A model generated the notes under the pieces. The model saw only the letters and a list, made by a program, of their open reading frames with translations, was not told the origin of the DNA and did not search any database. This document shows positions 27,792 through 36,740 of a DNA stretch of 61,501 nucleotides, piece by piece. Source of the DNA: Deltaproteobacteria bacterium. Lineage in GTDB: Bacteria; Desulfobacterota; Syntrophobacteria; BM002. Position numbers and translations under genes: made by a program. Position 1 is the stretch's first letter; each line of letters starts with the position of its first letter. The DNA lies in assembly GCA_022340745.1 (NCBI GenBank), contig JAJDNL010000197.1, positions 1 to 61,501 of the forward strand, read 5' to 3'.

Positions 27792-30164
27792 ATGAAATTA
27801 GACAGAAGAGCCTTCGTTAAACTGATTGCAGGGGGGGTGGGCGGAACGCTGTTGTCGCCGCTGCCGTGGAAAATGGCGGATGATACAGCCATCTGGAGTC
27901 AGAACTGGTTCTGGCGGCCGTCACCCGAGAGGGGTGGGGCCACCACGGCGAGTACTGTTTGTCAGCTTTGCCCCGGTGGTTGCGGCGTCAGGGTTCGGCT
28001 CATTGAGGAAAAGAATGCGGTCAACATTGATGGCAACCCCACCCATCCGGTCAACCAGGGAGGGATTTGTCCCTTGGGCGCTGCTGGGCTCCAGTACTTG
28101 TATGGTCCCAGCCGGATTGAAACACCACTGCAGCAAACAGGTAAGCGGGGCGACCTCGAGACTATGAAGGCCATCGGTTGGGATGAGGCTTTGGAGATCC
28201 TCTCCATCAAGTTGCGCCGTATGAGGCAAAAGGCCAGAGGCCTTGTCTGTGTGAGCGGTAAACGTGAGGGCACTGTCCCCGAACTTTTCGCTCGTTTCCT
28301 CCACGCTTACGGTTCGCCGAACTACATGGTGATGCCGGCTGCGGTTGACGCAGAGTCTTTGGGATTGTTTGTTAGCCAGGGGAACAGCGGTGCTATCGGC
28401 TATGACCTGGAAAACGCCAAGATGGTCGTAAGTTTTGGTAGTGACTACATTGAAGGCTGGGGTTCTCCCAACCGCATGATGATGGCATTTGCTGATTGGC
28501 GGAGCAATTCAAAGCGAGATCGCACCAAAATCATCCAGGTGGCGACGAGAGGTTCGCTAAGTGCTTCCAAGGCCGATGAATGGGTGGCTGTTGCTCCGGG
28601 TACAGAGGCGGCACTCGCTTTGGGTCTCGCCCAAGTAATAGTGAGTGAGGGGCGTTACGATCGTACCTTTGTAAACAATCATACATACGGCTTCGATGAG
28701 TTCAAAAGGCTGCTGCGCCAGAACTATACTCCGGAAAAGGTGGCTGAAATCACGGGAGTAGTCAAAGAGAAGATTGTTGGACTGGCGCGGGAGTTTGCGG
28801 GAACCAAACCGGCTGTAGCCCTGAGTGGCTGGGGACAGGGAAGAATGCAGGGTAGCATGTATGATTTCCTTGCGGTGCAGAGCCTCAACGCACTGGTGGG
28901 TAGCCTGCACAAGCCGGGTGGAGTAACCAGGAGGCCAAAACTACCTTTGGCTCCGTGGCCGAAAGTGGTGCTGGATGCTACCAGTCTGACAAGCGAAAAT
29001 GAGCCCAGATTAGATGGTTCCAGGGGGAGCCAATTCCCCTTGCCAGGGCAGCTATTTTATAACTTTGTCAAGAACGTTAACGAGGGGAACCTTTATCCTG
29101 CAGAAATGCTCTGGGTGTATGAGGCCAATCCCGCCCATGACCTTGCCGATGTTCAGCCCTTCCTGGCGGCTCTGAATAAGATCGGCACCGTGGTCTCGTT
29201 CTCTTCCTTTATGGACGAAACCACCCAGTTGGCCGATCTGGTGCTTCCGGGTCCGACCTATCTGGAACGGTTGGAAGACATACCCACACCGCCAGGGCTG
29301 CAATACCCGGTCTTCGGCTTGAGCCACCCAATTTTGAGTCCGCGGTTTGAGACGAGACATCCAGGTGATGTGCTTATTGCATTGGCACATTCCCTTGACG
29401 GAAGTGTCGGGGCAAGTTTTCCCTGGTCCGATTATGAAACAGCACTGAAGGAAAGGGTGAAGGGACTGGCAGATGCTGGCCGGGGTCAAGTTGCGGATGA
29501 GCCAGGACTGCAACCGTGGAAAGGCGGCCAGGGCCGACAATTAGCCCCTAACTATGATTCATTTGACGACCTCTGGGAGAAGCTTATCGAACACGGTTGC
29601 TGGTTCGATACCTCTGAGGCCATGCCCTCGTGGGCGTCGGCTTTTAAAACCCCTTCGGGCAAATTCGAGTTCTATAGCCAAAAAATGCGGCAGGTTGGCA
29701 TCAGGGGGAATGATATCACTTACCTACCACATTTCGAACAGGTGGAGCCGGCCGGCGATCCGCGTGATTATCCGTTACTTCTCATGCCCTACGAGACGAT
29801 GGCCATCACCAACGGTCCGGTGGCAAATCCGCCATTTATGACCAAGACGCTCTTTGACTTCCAACTAAAAGGAAATGACTCTTTTGTCGAGGTCAACCCG
29901 AACACCGCGGCCAACATGGGCCTCAAGGAGGGCGATCGGATTGCACTTCAGACCGAACGGGGTACGCTCAAAGTCCGTGTCCACCTGACTGAAGCGGCGC
30001 GGCCTGATGTGGTCTTTATCCCTACCGGTTTGGGACACAGTGGTTTCGATTCTTACATCAAGGGCAAAGGAGTCAATGCCAATATGATTCTGGTGGCCCA
30101 GCAGGATCAGGTCACCGGCCTTGTCACTTGGTGGGTAACTCGGGTGAAAATCTCCAAAGTATGA
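27792..30164 (+). CDS. qrcB: Molybdopterin-oxidoreductase-family subunit with Tat signal (QrcB-like)
   Basis: It has a twin-arginine motif (DRRAFVKL) and an N-terminal CxxCxxxC...C FeS motif (CQLCPGGC...ICPLG). Confidence 0.8.
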   Translation: MKLDRRAFVKLIAGGVGGTLLSPLPWKMADDTAIWSQNWFWRPSPERGGATTASTVCQLCPGGCGVRVRLIEEKNAVNIDGNPTHPVNQGGICPLGAAGLQYLYGPSRIETPLQQTGKRGDLETMKAIGWDEALEILSIKLRRMRQKARGLVCVSGKREGTVPELFARFLHAYGSPNYMVMPAAVDAESLGLFVSQGNSGAIGYDLENAKMVVSFGSDYIEGWGSPNRMMMAFADWRSNSKRDRTKIIQVATRGSLSASKADEWVAVAPGTEAALALGLAQVIVSEGRYDRTFVNNHTYGFDEFKRLLRQNYTPEKVAEITGVVKEKIVGLAREFAGTKPAVALSGWGQGRMQGSMYDFLAVQSLNALVGSLHKPGGVTRRPKLPLAPWPKVVLDATSLTSENEPRLDGSRGSQFPLPGQLFYNFVKNVNEGNLYPAEMLWVYEANPAHDLADVQPFLAALNKIGTVVSFSSFMDETTQLADLVLPGPTYLERLEDIPTPPGLQYPVFGLSHPILSPRFETRHPGDVLIALAHSLDGSVGASFPWSDYETALKERVKGLADAGRGQVADEPGLQPWKGGQGRQLAPNYDSFDDLWEKLIEHGCWFDTSEAMPSWASAFKTPSGKFEFYSQKMRQVGIRGNDITYLPHFEQVEPAGDPRDYPLLLMPYETMAITNGPVANPPFMTKTLFDFQLKGNDSFVEVNPNTAANMGLKEGDRIALQTERGTLKVRVHLTEAARPDVVFIPTGLGHSGFDSYIKGKGVNANMILVAQQDQVTGLVTWWVTRVKISKV

Positions 30165-30172
30165 GGTAGAAA

Positions 30173-30922
30173 ATGAGTGGGAACAAGTCAAGCGGAGTTC
30201 GCTATGGCATGGTCATCGATATTGACAAGTGCACCGGTTGTACGGCGTGCTCGGTGGCCTGCCAGCAGGAGAACAATGTCCCTTTCAGAGAAGATGAGAC
30301 CAACAAGGTGCGTTCCATTACCTGGATGGAGATATACCAACTCGACAATGGCATGCCCTATCCCGAGTATCGCCAGGCCTATTTGCCCCGACTGTGTCTC
30401 CACTGCGGTGCATCTCCCTACCCGCCATGTACCTTTGTCTGTCCAGTGAATGCTACGCACCGAGACGAAGACACCGGCCTGGTGAACCACATTCCTGTTC
30501 GCTGTATTGGTTGCCGGTACTGCATTTCCGCCTGCTCATACCATGCACGCTATTTTAATTGGTGGGATCCAAAGTGGCCCAAGCCCATGGAAGAGATGCT
30601 CACTCCGAATGTCTCTCCCAGAATGCGGGGGGTGGTGGAAAAATGCACCATGTGCGTCCATCGCTTGCAGCTGGCTAAAGACCGGGCCTTTATGGAGGGA
30701 CGCAGTGAGCTTGAGGAGGGTGAATACGTACCAGCCTGCGTGGAGTCCTGTCCAGCCAAGGCCATGACTTTTGGCAACCTGTTGGATCCCGATAGCGAGG
30801 TGGCCAGACTGGCCAAGAGTAGTCTTGCTTTTCGACTTCTGGAAAAGCTCGGCACAGAACCCAAAGTTTACTACCTGAGCAGTCAGGATTGGATTCACAA
30901 ACTGGCTGATAAAGTTATGTAG
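30173..30922 (+). CDS. qrcC: 4Fe-4S ferredoxin-type subunit (QrcC / NrfC / PsrB-like)
   Basis: It has four Cys clusters (CTGCTACSVAC, CLHC...CP, CIGCRYCISAC, CTMC...CVESCP). Confidence 0.85.
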   Translation: MSGNKSSGVRYGMVIDIDKCTGCTACSVACQQENNVPFREDETNKVRSITWMEIYQLDNGMPYPEYRQAYLPRLCLHCGASPYPPCTFVCPVNATHRDEDTGLVNHIPVRCIGCRYCISACSYHARYFNWWDPKWPKPMEEMLTPNVSPRMRGVVEKCTMCVHRLQLAKDRAFMEGRSELEEGEYVPACVESCPAKAMTFGNLLDPDSEVARLAKSSLAFRLLEKLGTEPKVYYLSSQDWIHKLADKVM

Positions 30923-30959
30923 GCCAGATTAAAACCACCAGGGAGAAGAGAGGAATACC

Positions 30960-32192
30960 ATGGATTCAGCATTAATCCCTGAAGGGGTAAAGCGGTGTTC
31001 ATTTAAGGCTTTCAGCCTCTGGTTACTGGTGATCTTCGGAGTCATTGGCTGGGGCGTCTTGGGTGGGTTCATGGTCCTGTGGAAGGGACTGAATATGACC
31101 GGCCTCAACGACTCTTTTGGTTTTGGTCTGTATATCACCGCGGACCTGGCGATCATTGCTCTTGGAGCAGGTGCCTTTTTCACCGGTTTTCTCACATACG
31201 TAGTCGGGAAAAAGGAACTCAAAGATATCATCAACCTGGCCGTGGTGGTTGGTTTCATCTGCTACACTGGGGCCCAGCTAGTTCTGCTGCTGGAGATTGG
31301 CCAACCCATCCGGGGCTGGTTTTCTTTCTGGCATCCCAATGTGCACTCCATGCTCACCGAAGTGATTTTCTGTATCACCTGCTACACCATTGTGCTAACC
31401 GTAGAATATATACCTTTAATTCTCGAAAACCGACAGTTGGACAAGGTGCCGGAATTCCACTATTTCAGCCACAATTTACACGAGATAATGGTGGTTTTTG
31501 CGGCCACCGGAACCTTTTTGAGTTTCTTCCACCAGGGTTCCCTGGGTGGTCTTTACGGGGTGATGTTTGCCCGGCCATTCGCCTTCCGCACCGGATTTTT
31601 CATCTGGCCCTGGACCTTCTTTCTTTTTGTAGCCTCGGCGATAGCTTCTGGTCCGGCCTTGACCATTCTCGTCTGTAAGATGGTGCAGGGTGTATCGCGG
31701 AAACAGCTGGTGCGGCGTGAGGCCATATTGCTGTTGGCCAAAGTTACCGGGTACCTGCTTACTTTTTACCTGATTTTCAAGTTCCTGGATACCTGGTGGT
31801 GGGCAACTCAGACGTTGCCAAAAATGGGAGTCAGTTTCACTGAGGTATTCCAGGGTCCATACGGTATGTGGCTCCTTATTGCTGAACTGGGTGTGTGCGG
31901 TGTTATCCCGGCCACTATTCTGCTGATCCCGAAAGCCAGAGAGGATGATGTCTTGCTGATAGTTGCCTGCGTTTTGGATTGCGCCGGCATTGTCATCAAC
32001 CGCTTCGTCTTTACCATACAGAACCTGGCGTTGCCGGTATTGCCTTTCGAACAGGTGCAAATCTACGTACCGACCTGGACGGAGTGGGCACCCACTGTTG
32101 GCGTGCTGGCATATGGGGCGCTCCTGCTCTCGCTTTCCTACCGTTACCTGCCCATGTTTCCAAGGGAGCGAGAGCTAAATCCCATAGACTAA
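30960..32192 (+). CDS. qrcD: NrfD/PsrC-family integral membrane quinone-interacting subunit (QrcD-like)
   Basis: The product is 410 aa with about 10 TM helices. It is the last gene of the four-gene operon. Confidence 0.85.
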   Translation: MDSALIPEGVKRCSFKAFSLWLLVIFGVIGWGVLGGFMVLWKGLNMTGLNDSFGFGLYITADLAIIALGAGAFFTGFLTYVVGKKELKDIINLAVVVGFICYTGAQLVLLLEIGQPIRGWFSFWHPNVHSMLTEVIFCITCYTIVLTVEYIPLILENRQLDKVPEFHYFSHNLHEIMVVFAATGTFLSFFHQGSLGGLYGVMFARPFAFRTGFFIWPWTFFLFVASAIASGPALTILVCKMVQGVSRKQLVRREAILLLAKVTGYLLTFYLIFKFLDTWWWATQTLPKMGVSFTEVFQGPYGMWLLIAELGVCGVIPATILLIPKAREDDVLLIVACVLDCAGIVINRFVFTIQNLALPVLPFEQVQIYVPTWTEWAPTVGVLAYGALLLSLSYRYLPMFPRERELNPID

Positions 32193-32216
32193 TCTTCAAT
32201 AAACAGACACCGAAAG

Positions 32217-32250
32217 AAAAAGCCCCAGGAAATCCGGGGCTTTTTCTTTT
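32217..32250 (+). terminator. Rho-independent terminator after qrcD
   Basis: The stem GCCCC(AGG)...(CC)GGGGC is followed by TTTTTCTTTT. Confidence 0.65.
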
Positions 32251-32268
32251 GTAGGTGAGGGCATACAA

Positions 32269-32408
32269 GATGTGAGATATGAGATGTGAGATATGAGATG
32301 TGAGATATGAGATGTGAGATATGAGATGTGAGATATGAGATGTGGGATGTGAGATGGAAGAGACGAGTTTCTATCCCACATCGCACATCACAGATCCCAT
32401 ATCATATC
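32269..32408. repeat. About 13 tandem heptamers (GAGATGT/GAGATAT; 14-nt super-unit) plus a partially complementary arm at 32373-32408
   Basis: Read directly. The right arm runs into the nadB stop codon (32407-32409). Confidence 0.9.
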
Positions 32409-34038
32409 AGGACCACTGATCGAGGCGGAGTGTGGTGTCCCGCTGCCAGCGTTCGTCATCTTTTTGCGGATGGTCAATATTGAAATGCAGGCCCCTGCTT
32501 TCGTGGCGTTCTAAAGCGCAGTTTACAATCAACTCCGCCACGGTAGCCAGATTCCTCAGTTCAATAAGATCACTGTTGAGGCTGATGTTCGGGTAGTGCT
32601 CGTTGATCTCCCGTTGAATCTGGGCCAAGTGATTTTGTGCCAGACGCAAACGGGTGTCTTTACGGACGATACCCACGTAGTTCCACATCAGACGCCGGAT
32701 TATGTCCCAGTTATAGGCGATGAGTACCATCTCGCTATCATTGGCGTTCAACGGCATCTCCAGGGGGGGAACTTCGGGAAAGGAGATATTTTCTGTGGGT
32801 GAACTGGGCTGGCTGTTAATATCCTCAGCAGCATTGTGCGCGAAGACCAGAGCTTCCAGCAGAGAGTTACTGGCCAGTCGATTAGCTCCATGAAGCCCAG
32901 TACAGGCTGACTCTCCCAAGGCATAAAGATGCTGGATGCTCGTGCGCCCGTATTTATCGGTCCGCACACCACCGCAGATGTAATGGGCGGCTGGAACGAC
33001 AGGTATGGAATCTCGGGTGATGTCGATCCCGAGAGACAAGCACTTTTCATGAATGCCAGGAAATCGCCGCCGGAGGAAATCAGCGTCACGGTGGCTGATA
33101 TCGAGGTATACGCAGTCGTCGCCGCTCTGTTTGATCTCGGTGTCTATGGCGCGGGCCACAACATCACGACAGGCCAGATCCTTGAGCGGGTGGTATTTAG
33201 CCATGAAAGCATGGCCTCTTTTGTCAATGAGACGTCCCCCCTCACCACGCACTGCTTCAGAAATGAGAAAATTCTTTGCGTGGGGGTGATAGAGACAGGT
33301 GGGGTGGAATTGGACAAATTCCATGTTAGCTATATCTGCCCCGGCTCTATAGGCCATGGCTACACCGTCCCCTGTGGCCACATCCGGGTTGCTGGTGTAG
33401 ACGTATACTTTGCCAGCACCGCCGGTGCAGAGCAAAGTATCTTTTGCCAGATAGGTGAGGATTCGATTTCCCTCAATATCGAGAACGTATGCGCCCCAGC
33501 ACCGCTCCTGGCGCTGGGTGGTCAGCAACCCCCTCTTTAGCAGGTGGCATTCTACGATTAGATCGATGGCGATATGGTTTTCAAAAATCGAAATGTTGGG
33601 ATGGTCCTCGGCCATGGCAACCAGAACTCTCTCCACCTCTTTCCCAGTCATGTCCTGGGCATGGACTATACGGCTACGGGAATGTCCACCTTCGCGAGCG
33701 AGATCAAAAGGGAGGGAATCCTGCTGACTCAATTGAAAGCGTACACCCATTTCCGCCAGTTCCCGGATGCGAGTGGGGCCGTTTTTAATTACCATCTCGA
33801 CCACATCAGAATCACACAGGCCATCTCCCGAGTTCAGGGTATCCTGAACATGGAGGTCAAAAGAATCGTCAGGGCTCAGCACCGAGGCGATTCCTCCTTG
33901 GGCGTAATTGGTGCTGGTTTCGACTTTTTCCTTCTTGGTCACCACCGCAACCTTGCGGTGATCCGCTATCTTGAGGGCGTAGGTGAGGCCGGCGATGCCA
34001 CTGCCGATCACCAGCGTATCGTATGTCATTGTGTCCAT
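32407..34038 (-). CDS. nadB: L-aspartate oxidase
   Basis: It has a FAD motif (DTLVIGSGIAGL) and a fumarate-reductase/succinate-dehydrogenase-like core. The product is 543 aa. Confidence 0.95.
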   Translation of the reverse strand: MDTMTYDTLVIGSGIAGLTYALKIADHRKVAVVTKKEKVETSTNYAQGGIASVLSPDDSFDLHVQDTLNSGDGLCDSDVVEMVIKNGPTRIRELAEMGVRFQLSQQDSLPFDLAREGGHSRSRIVHAQDMTGKEVERVLVAMAEDHPNISIFENHIAIDLIVECHLLKRGLLTTQRQERCWGAYVLDIEGNRILTYLAKDTLLCTGGAGKVYVYTSNPDVATGDGVAMAYRAGADIANMEFVQFHPTCLYHPHAKNFLISEAVRGEGGRLIDKRGHAFMAKYHPLKDLACRDVVARAIDTEIKQSGDDCVYLDISHRDADFLRRRFPGIHEKCLSLGIDITRDSIPVVPAAHYICGGVRTDKYGRTSIQHLYALGESACTGLHGANRLASNSLLEALVFAHNAAEDINSQPSSPTENISFPEVPPLEMPLNANDSEMVLIAYNWDIIRRLMWNYVGIVRKDTRLRLAQNHLAQIQREINEHYPNISLNSDLIELRNLATVAELIVNCALERHESRGLHFNIDHPQKDDERWQRDTTLRLDQWS

Positions 34039-34253
34039 AATTTTTTGACCAAGTAAAATAAAATAAACGGTTATCGTCTTTTCTTAACGCTCATTGCTCT
34101 GCGACATGCGCTTAGCGTTCTCTGTCTGTGGCAGGGAATCCAGGCGGAACCACACAGCTAAGTATTTATTATATATCGCTTCCAATGAAAACTCCAGAGC
34201 AGTGGGATTTTCGAAGGGCGTGGTCAGAAGTCAACTGCTTTGCAGGTAAAAGA

Positions 34254-34339
34254 GGTTTCAGGTTTCAGTGTTCAGGTTTCAGTATTTTTGTTTTTCTTTC
34301 CTGACACCTGATCCGCCTCCGGCGGAACACCTGAAACCC
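34254..34339. repeat. GGTTTCAG/CCTGACACC inverted-repeat element, full copy
   Basis: GGTTTCAGGTTTCAGTGTTCAGGTTTCAG is followed by a loop and then TTTCCTGACACCTGA(insert TCCGCCTCCGGCGGA)ACACCTGAAACCC. Confidence 0.8.
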
Positions 34340-34556
34340 TGAGATCGGGTCCTTTGGGCTCGGATTATTTATTCCCACCCATTGACAAAAGTGATTATTT
34401 AGGCTTTAAGTAGTTTCCGCCCGGGATTTCCGGATGAAAACGCGTTAGGAAGATCTGAAAGCACGTTAGTTGAATTTGTGTACATTTAAAACCAGGGCCG
34501 CTCATTTTTGGGATTCAGCAGATAAGGCTGAAGGGGCCCTTTCTGTGAGGGAGTTA

Positions 34557-34775
34557 ATGCCAAAGGAAGAAGCAATAGAGGTTGAGGGGACAGTGGTGGA
34601 GACCTTACCCAATGCAATGTTTCGGGTGGAACTGGCCGACGGGCACCGGGTCCTGGCCCATATCTCCGGAAAGATGCGCAAGTATTACATAAAGATTGTT
34701 ACTGGAGACAAGGTGACAGTTGAGCTGTCACCGTACGATTTGACTCGAGGACGGATTACCTTTCGGGCAAAATAG
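34557..34775 (+). CDS. infA: Translation initiation factor IF-1
   Basis: The sequence is [68 protein letters not shown]. Confidence 0.95.
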   Translation: MPKEEAIEVEGTVVETLPNAMFRVELADGHRVLAHISGKMRKYYIKIVTGDKVTVELSPYDLTRGRITFRAK

Positions 34776-34821
34776 TTCTATTGTGAAAGGTACGCGCAAG
34801 CTCCTCGACTCTTTTCCGCGC

Positions 34822-34850
34822 TTGACCCCTGTGCTTTTCTGTATTATATA
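34822..34850 (+). promoter_or_regulatory. Putative sigma-70-type promoter of csp (TTGACC-17-TATATA), giving a 5' UTR of about 105 nt
   Basis: The hexamers were read directly. A long leader is typical of cold-shock genes. Confidence 0.4.
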
Positions 34851-34960
34851 AAAATCCTTACGTGTTATCGTTCGCAAGTCAGTTGGGCCTTTGAGGATTG
34901 TTTCCCTTGCCAGAGTGGCGCCCTGGGGCTTGGAACAAAATTTTTTAGGAGGTTTTCGCT

Positions 34961-35161
34961 GTGGCAGAAGGAACTGTTAAATGGTTTAGTGAAAGGAAAG
35001 GGTACGGCTTCATTGAGCAAGATGAGGGTGGGGACATATTTGTTCATCACTCCGCCATCAACATGTCCGGTTTCAGAACTCTTCATGAAGGTGACCGGGT
35101 GAGCTTTGAGGTGGGAGAGGGCAACAAGGGTCCTGCAGCCGAAAACGTCACGAAGCTTTAG
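34961..35161 (+). CDS. cspA: Cold-shock protein (CspA family)
   Basis: It has [30 protein letters not shown] (RNP1/RNP2). The start is GTG with an upstream AGGAGG. Confidence 0.95.
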   Translation: MAEGTVKWFSERKGYGFIEQDEGGDIFVHHSAINMSGFRTLHEGDRVSFEVGEGNKGPAAENVTKL

Positions 35162-35183
35162 TTCACAGAAACGCGTTTATCAT

Positions 35184-35232
35184 GGGCATCTTGTCTAAAT
35201 AAGATAAGATGCCCTTTCTATTTCCATTTTTG
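35184..35232 (+). terminator. Rho-independent terminator after csp
   Basis: GGGCATCTT...AAGATGCCC is followed by the T-rich TTTCTATTTCCATTTTT. Confidence 0.7.
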
Positions 35233-35260
35233 AGACTCAGGTCCTCAGGGGCCCGGGAAA

Positions 35261-35356
35261 GTCGCATAGAGCATAGCGCATGGCGCATAGCGTACAAATA
35301 TAGGGAGCTTTGGTATTGGCAGTTTTTCGCTTTGCGCTCTGCGCTTAGCGCTTTGC
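35261..35356. repeat. Stutter hairpin (GCATAGM)4, loop, (GCGCTNW)4
   Basis: GTCGCATAGAGCATAGCGCATGGCGCATAGCG pairs with CGCTTTGCGCTCTGCGCTTAGCGCTTTGC. Confidence 0.75.
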
Positions 35357-35553
35357 ATCATGGGATAGCTCAAAGTCAAGTTTCTCAAAGTATCCGTGAT
35401 GTGCGAGGTAAGGGCGAGAAACTTGACATATAAAGCCTAATTATATATTAGTCTGCGTGTAAAAGGGGATGGGGAGTAAACTTCACTGGCAACTTATTGA
35501 AAATAATTAAGTTTATTTAGTCCTGGCAAACCTGGTCTTCAAGGCCAGTCTAT

Positions 35554-35665
35554 GTATGATTTATGATTTGAGATTGTAGATTGCAGATTGAGGCTGCATG
35601 CATTCTTTACGGCGAGGTACCAAGCTTTTAAATCTGAAATCTTCATTCTAAAATCTAAAATTTCA
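35554..35665. repeat. Stutter hairpin (GATTTRW/AGATTGN)n, loop, (AAATCTN)n
   Basis: TATGATTTATGATTTGAGATTGTAGATTGCAGATTGAGG pairs with TTTTAAATCTGAAATCTTCATTCTAAAATCTAAAATTTC. Confidence 0.75.
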
Positions 35666-35783
35666 CTGGGTGGCTCGAAGCCGGGTCCTGAGGGTTTGGA
35701 TTCTTACTTGCGACAGCCAGGAGTTAGGCAATCACTGAGGGTGGTTGACGACTGGCTGATAACTGACGGTTTCGGAGGGATGC

Positions 35784-36008
35784 ATGGACGAACAGCAGGT
35801 TGAGAATGTAGAAGAGGAAGAAACCGAAACTGAGGCAGACAAGGTAGACCTGAACCGGGTTTTTCGGGAAGCAGAGCGCGATCTCAACTCCATGTTTCCG
35901 GATGGTGAGATGCGAAAATTCCTCCGGCGGGTTAAGAAGAATCGAAGCAGCAACGAACGTTTCCTGAAGGGAATCAAGCGCGAAGAACTCTGGGAGGAAG
36001 ATGAGTAG
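35784..36008 (+). CDS. Hypothetical acidic protein (74 aa), translationally coupled to the HAD hydrolase
   Basis: It has a GGAGGG RBS and overlaps the next start by 8 nt. Confidence 0.45.
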   Translation: MDEQQVENVEEEETETEADKVDLNRVFREAERDLNSMFPDGEMRKFLRRVKKNRSSNERFLKGIKREELWEEDE

Positions 36009-36702
36009 AAACACCGTAGACAAGGGGAATTTCGGCTCCGATGGAGCCATCAAGGCTGTAATTTTCGACTGTGATGGCGTTATCGTTGACTCGCGAGCGG
36101 CAAATGCCAGCCTGTATAATCAGTTTTTGTCTCACTTTAACAGGGAACCGCTCAACGAGGACCAGCTCAATTATGTGCACAGCCACACGCTCCAAGAATC
36201 TCTGAAATTTCTCCTTGGCGATGACAGTCTGATTCGGGAGGCAGAGCGGTTGTGGCAGGAAATGGACTATGGACCCCTCATAGAGTTGCTTACTCTGCAA
36301 CCAGGCTTAATGGAGTGTTTGGAGTTGCTCCGCAGTCACTACAAGACTGCCATCGCCACCAACCGCACCCGAACAATGGGCCAGTTGTTGGAAAGATTTG
36401 GACTGAATCCATATTTTGATCTGGTGGTTACCTCCCTTGATGTGCACCATCCCAAGCCACACCCAGAATCAGTCAACAAGATTCTTTCGTATCTCGATAT
36501 CACGCCTGATGCAGCATGCTACGTGGGTGATTCTGATGTTGACCGGGAAACGAGTGAACGCGCAGGTGTACTTTTTATCGCTTACCGCAATGAAGAGCTC
36601 AAGGCAGCTCATCATCTCTCCCACTTTGATGAACTGATCCCTATCCTAAAGCAACACAGCCGGATGCAGGGTGGGCACCGCCCGTCATTCACTAGGGACT
36701 AG
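36001..36702 (+). CDS. HAD-superfamily hydrolase (phosphoglycolate-phosphatase-like)
   Basis: It has motif I FDCDGVIVDS, motif II ATNR and motif IV GDSDVD. Confidence 0.85.
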   Translation: MSRNTVDKGNFGSDGAIKAVIFDCDGVIVDSRAANASLYNQFLSHFNREPLNEDQLNYVHSHTLQESLKFLLGDDSLIREAERLWQEMDYGPLIELLTLQPGLMECLELLRSHYKTAIATNRTRTMGQLLERFGLNPYFDLVVTSLDVHHPKPHPESVNKILSYLDITPDAACYVGDSDVDRETSERAGVLFIAYRNEELKAAHHLSHFDELIPILKQHSRMQGGHRPSFTRD

Positions 36703-36740
36703 GAAGTAAGCACTAGGCACCCACAAGTCATATGCTTCTA

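Noticed and set aside
32269-32357. Possible CRISPR array (regular short repeats), also considered for 40311-40410 and 48634-48695
   Set aside because: The units are 7-14 nt and directly abut one another with no unique spacers. No cas genes are nearby. These are simple tandem repeats.
32189-32386. ORFs encoding LTSHISYLTSHISHL... repeats
   Set aside because: They are translation artefacts of the heptamer array. The same applies to 35209-35433, to the 5' part of 40206-40610, and to the 5' part of 39314-40108.
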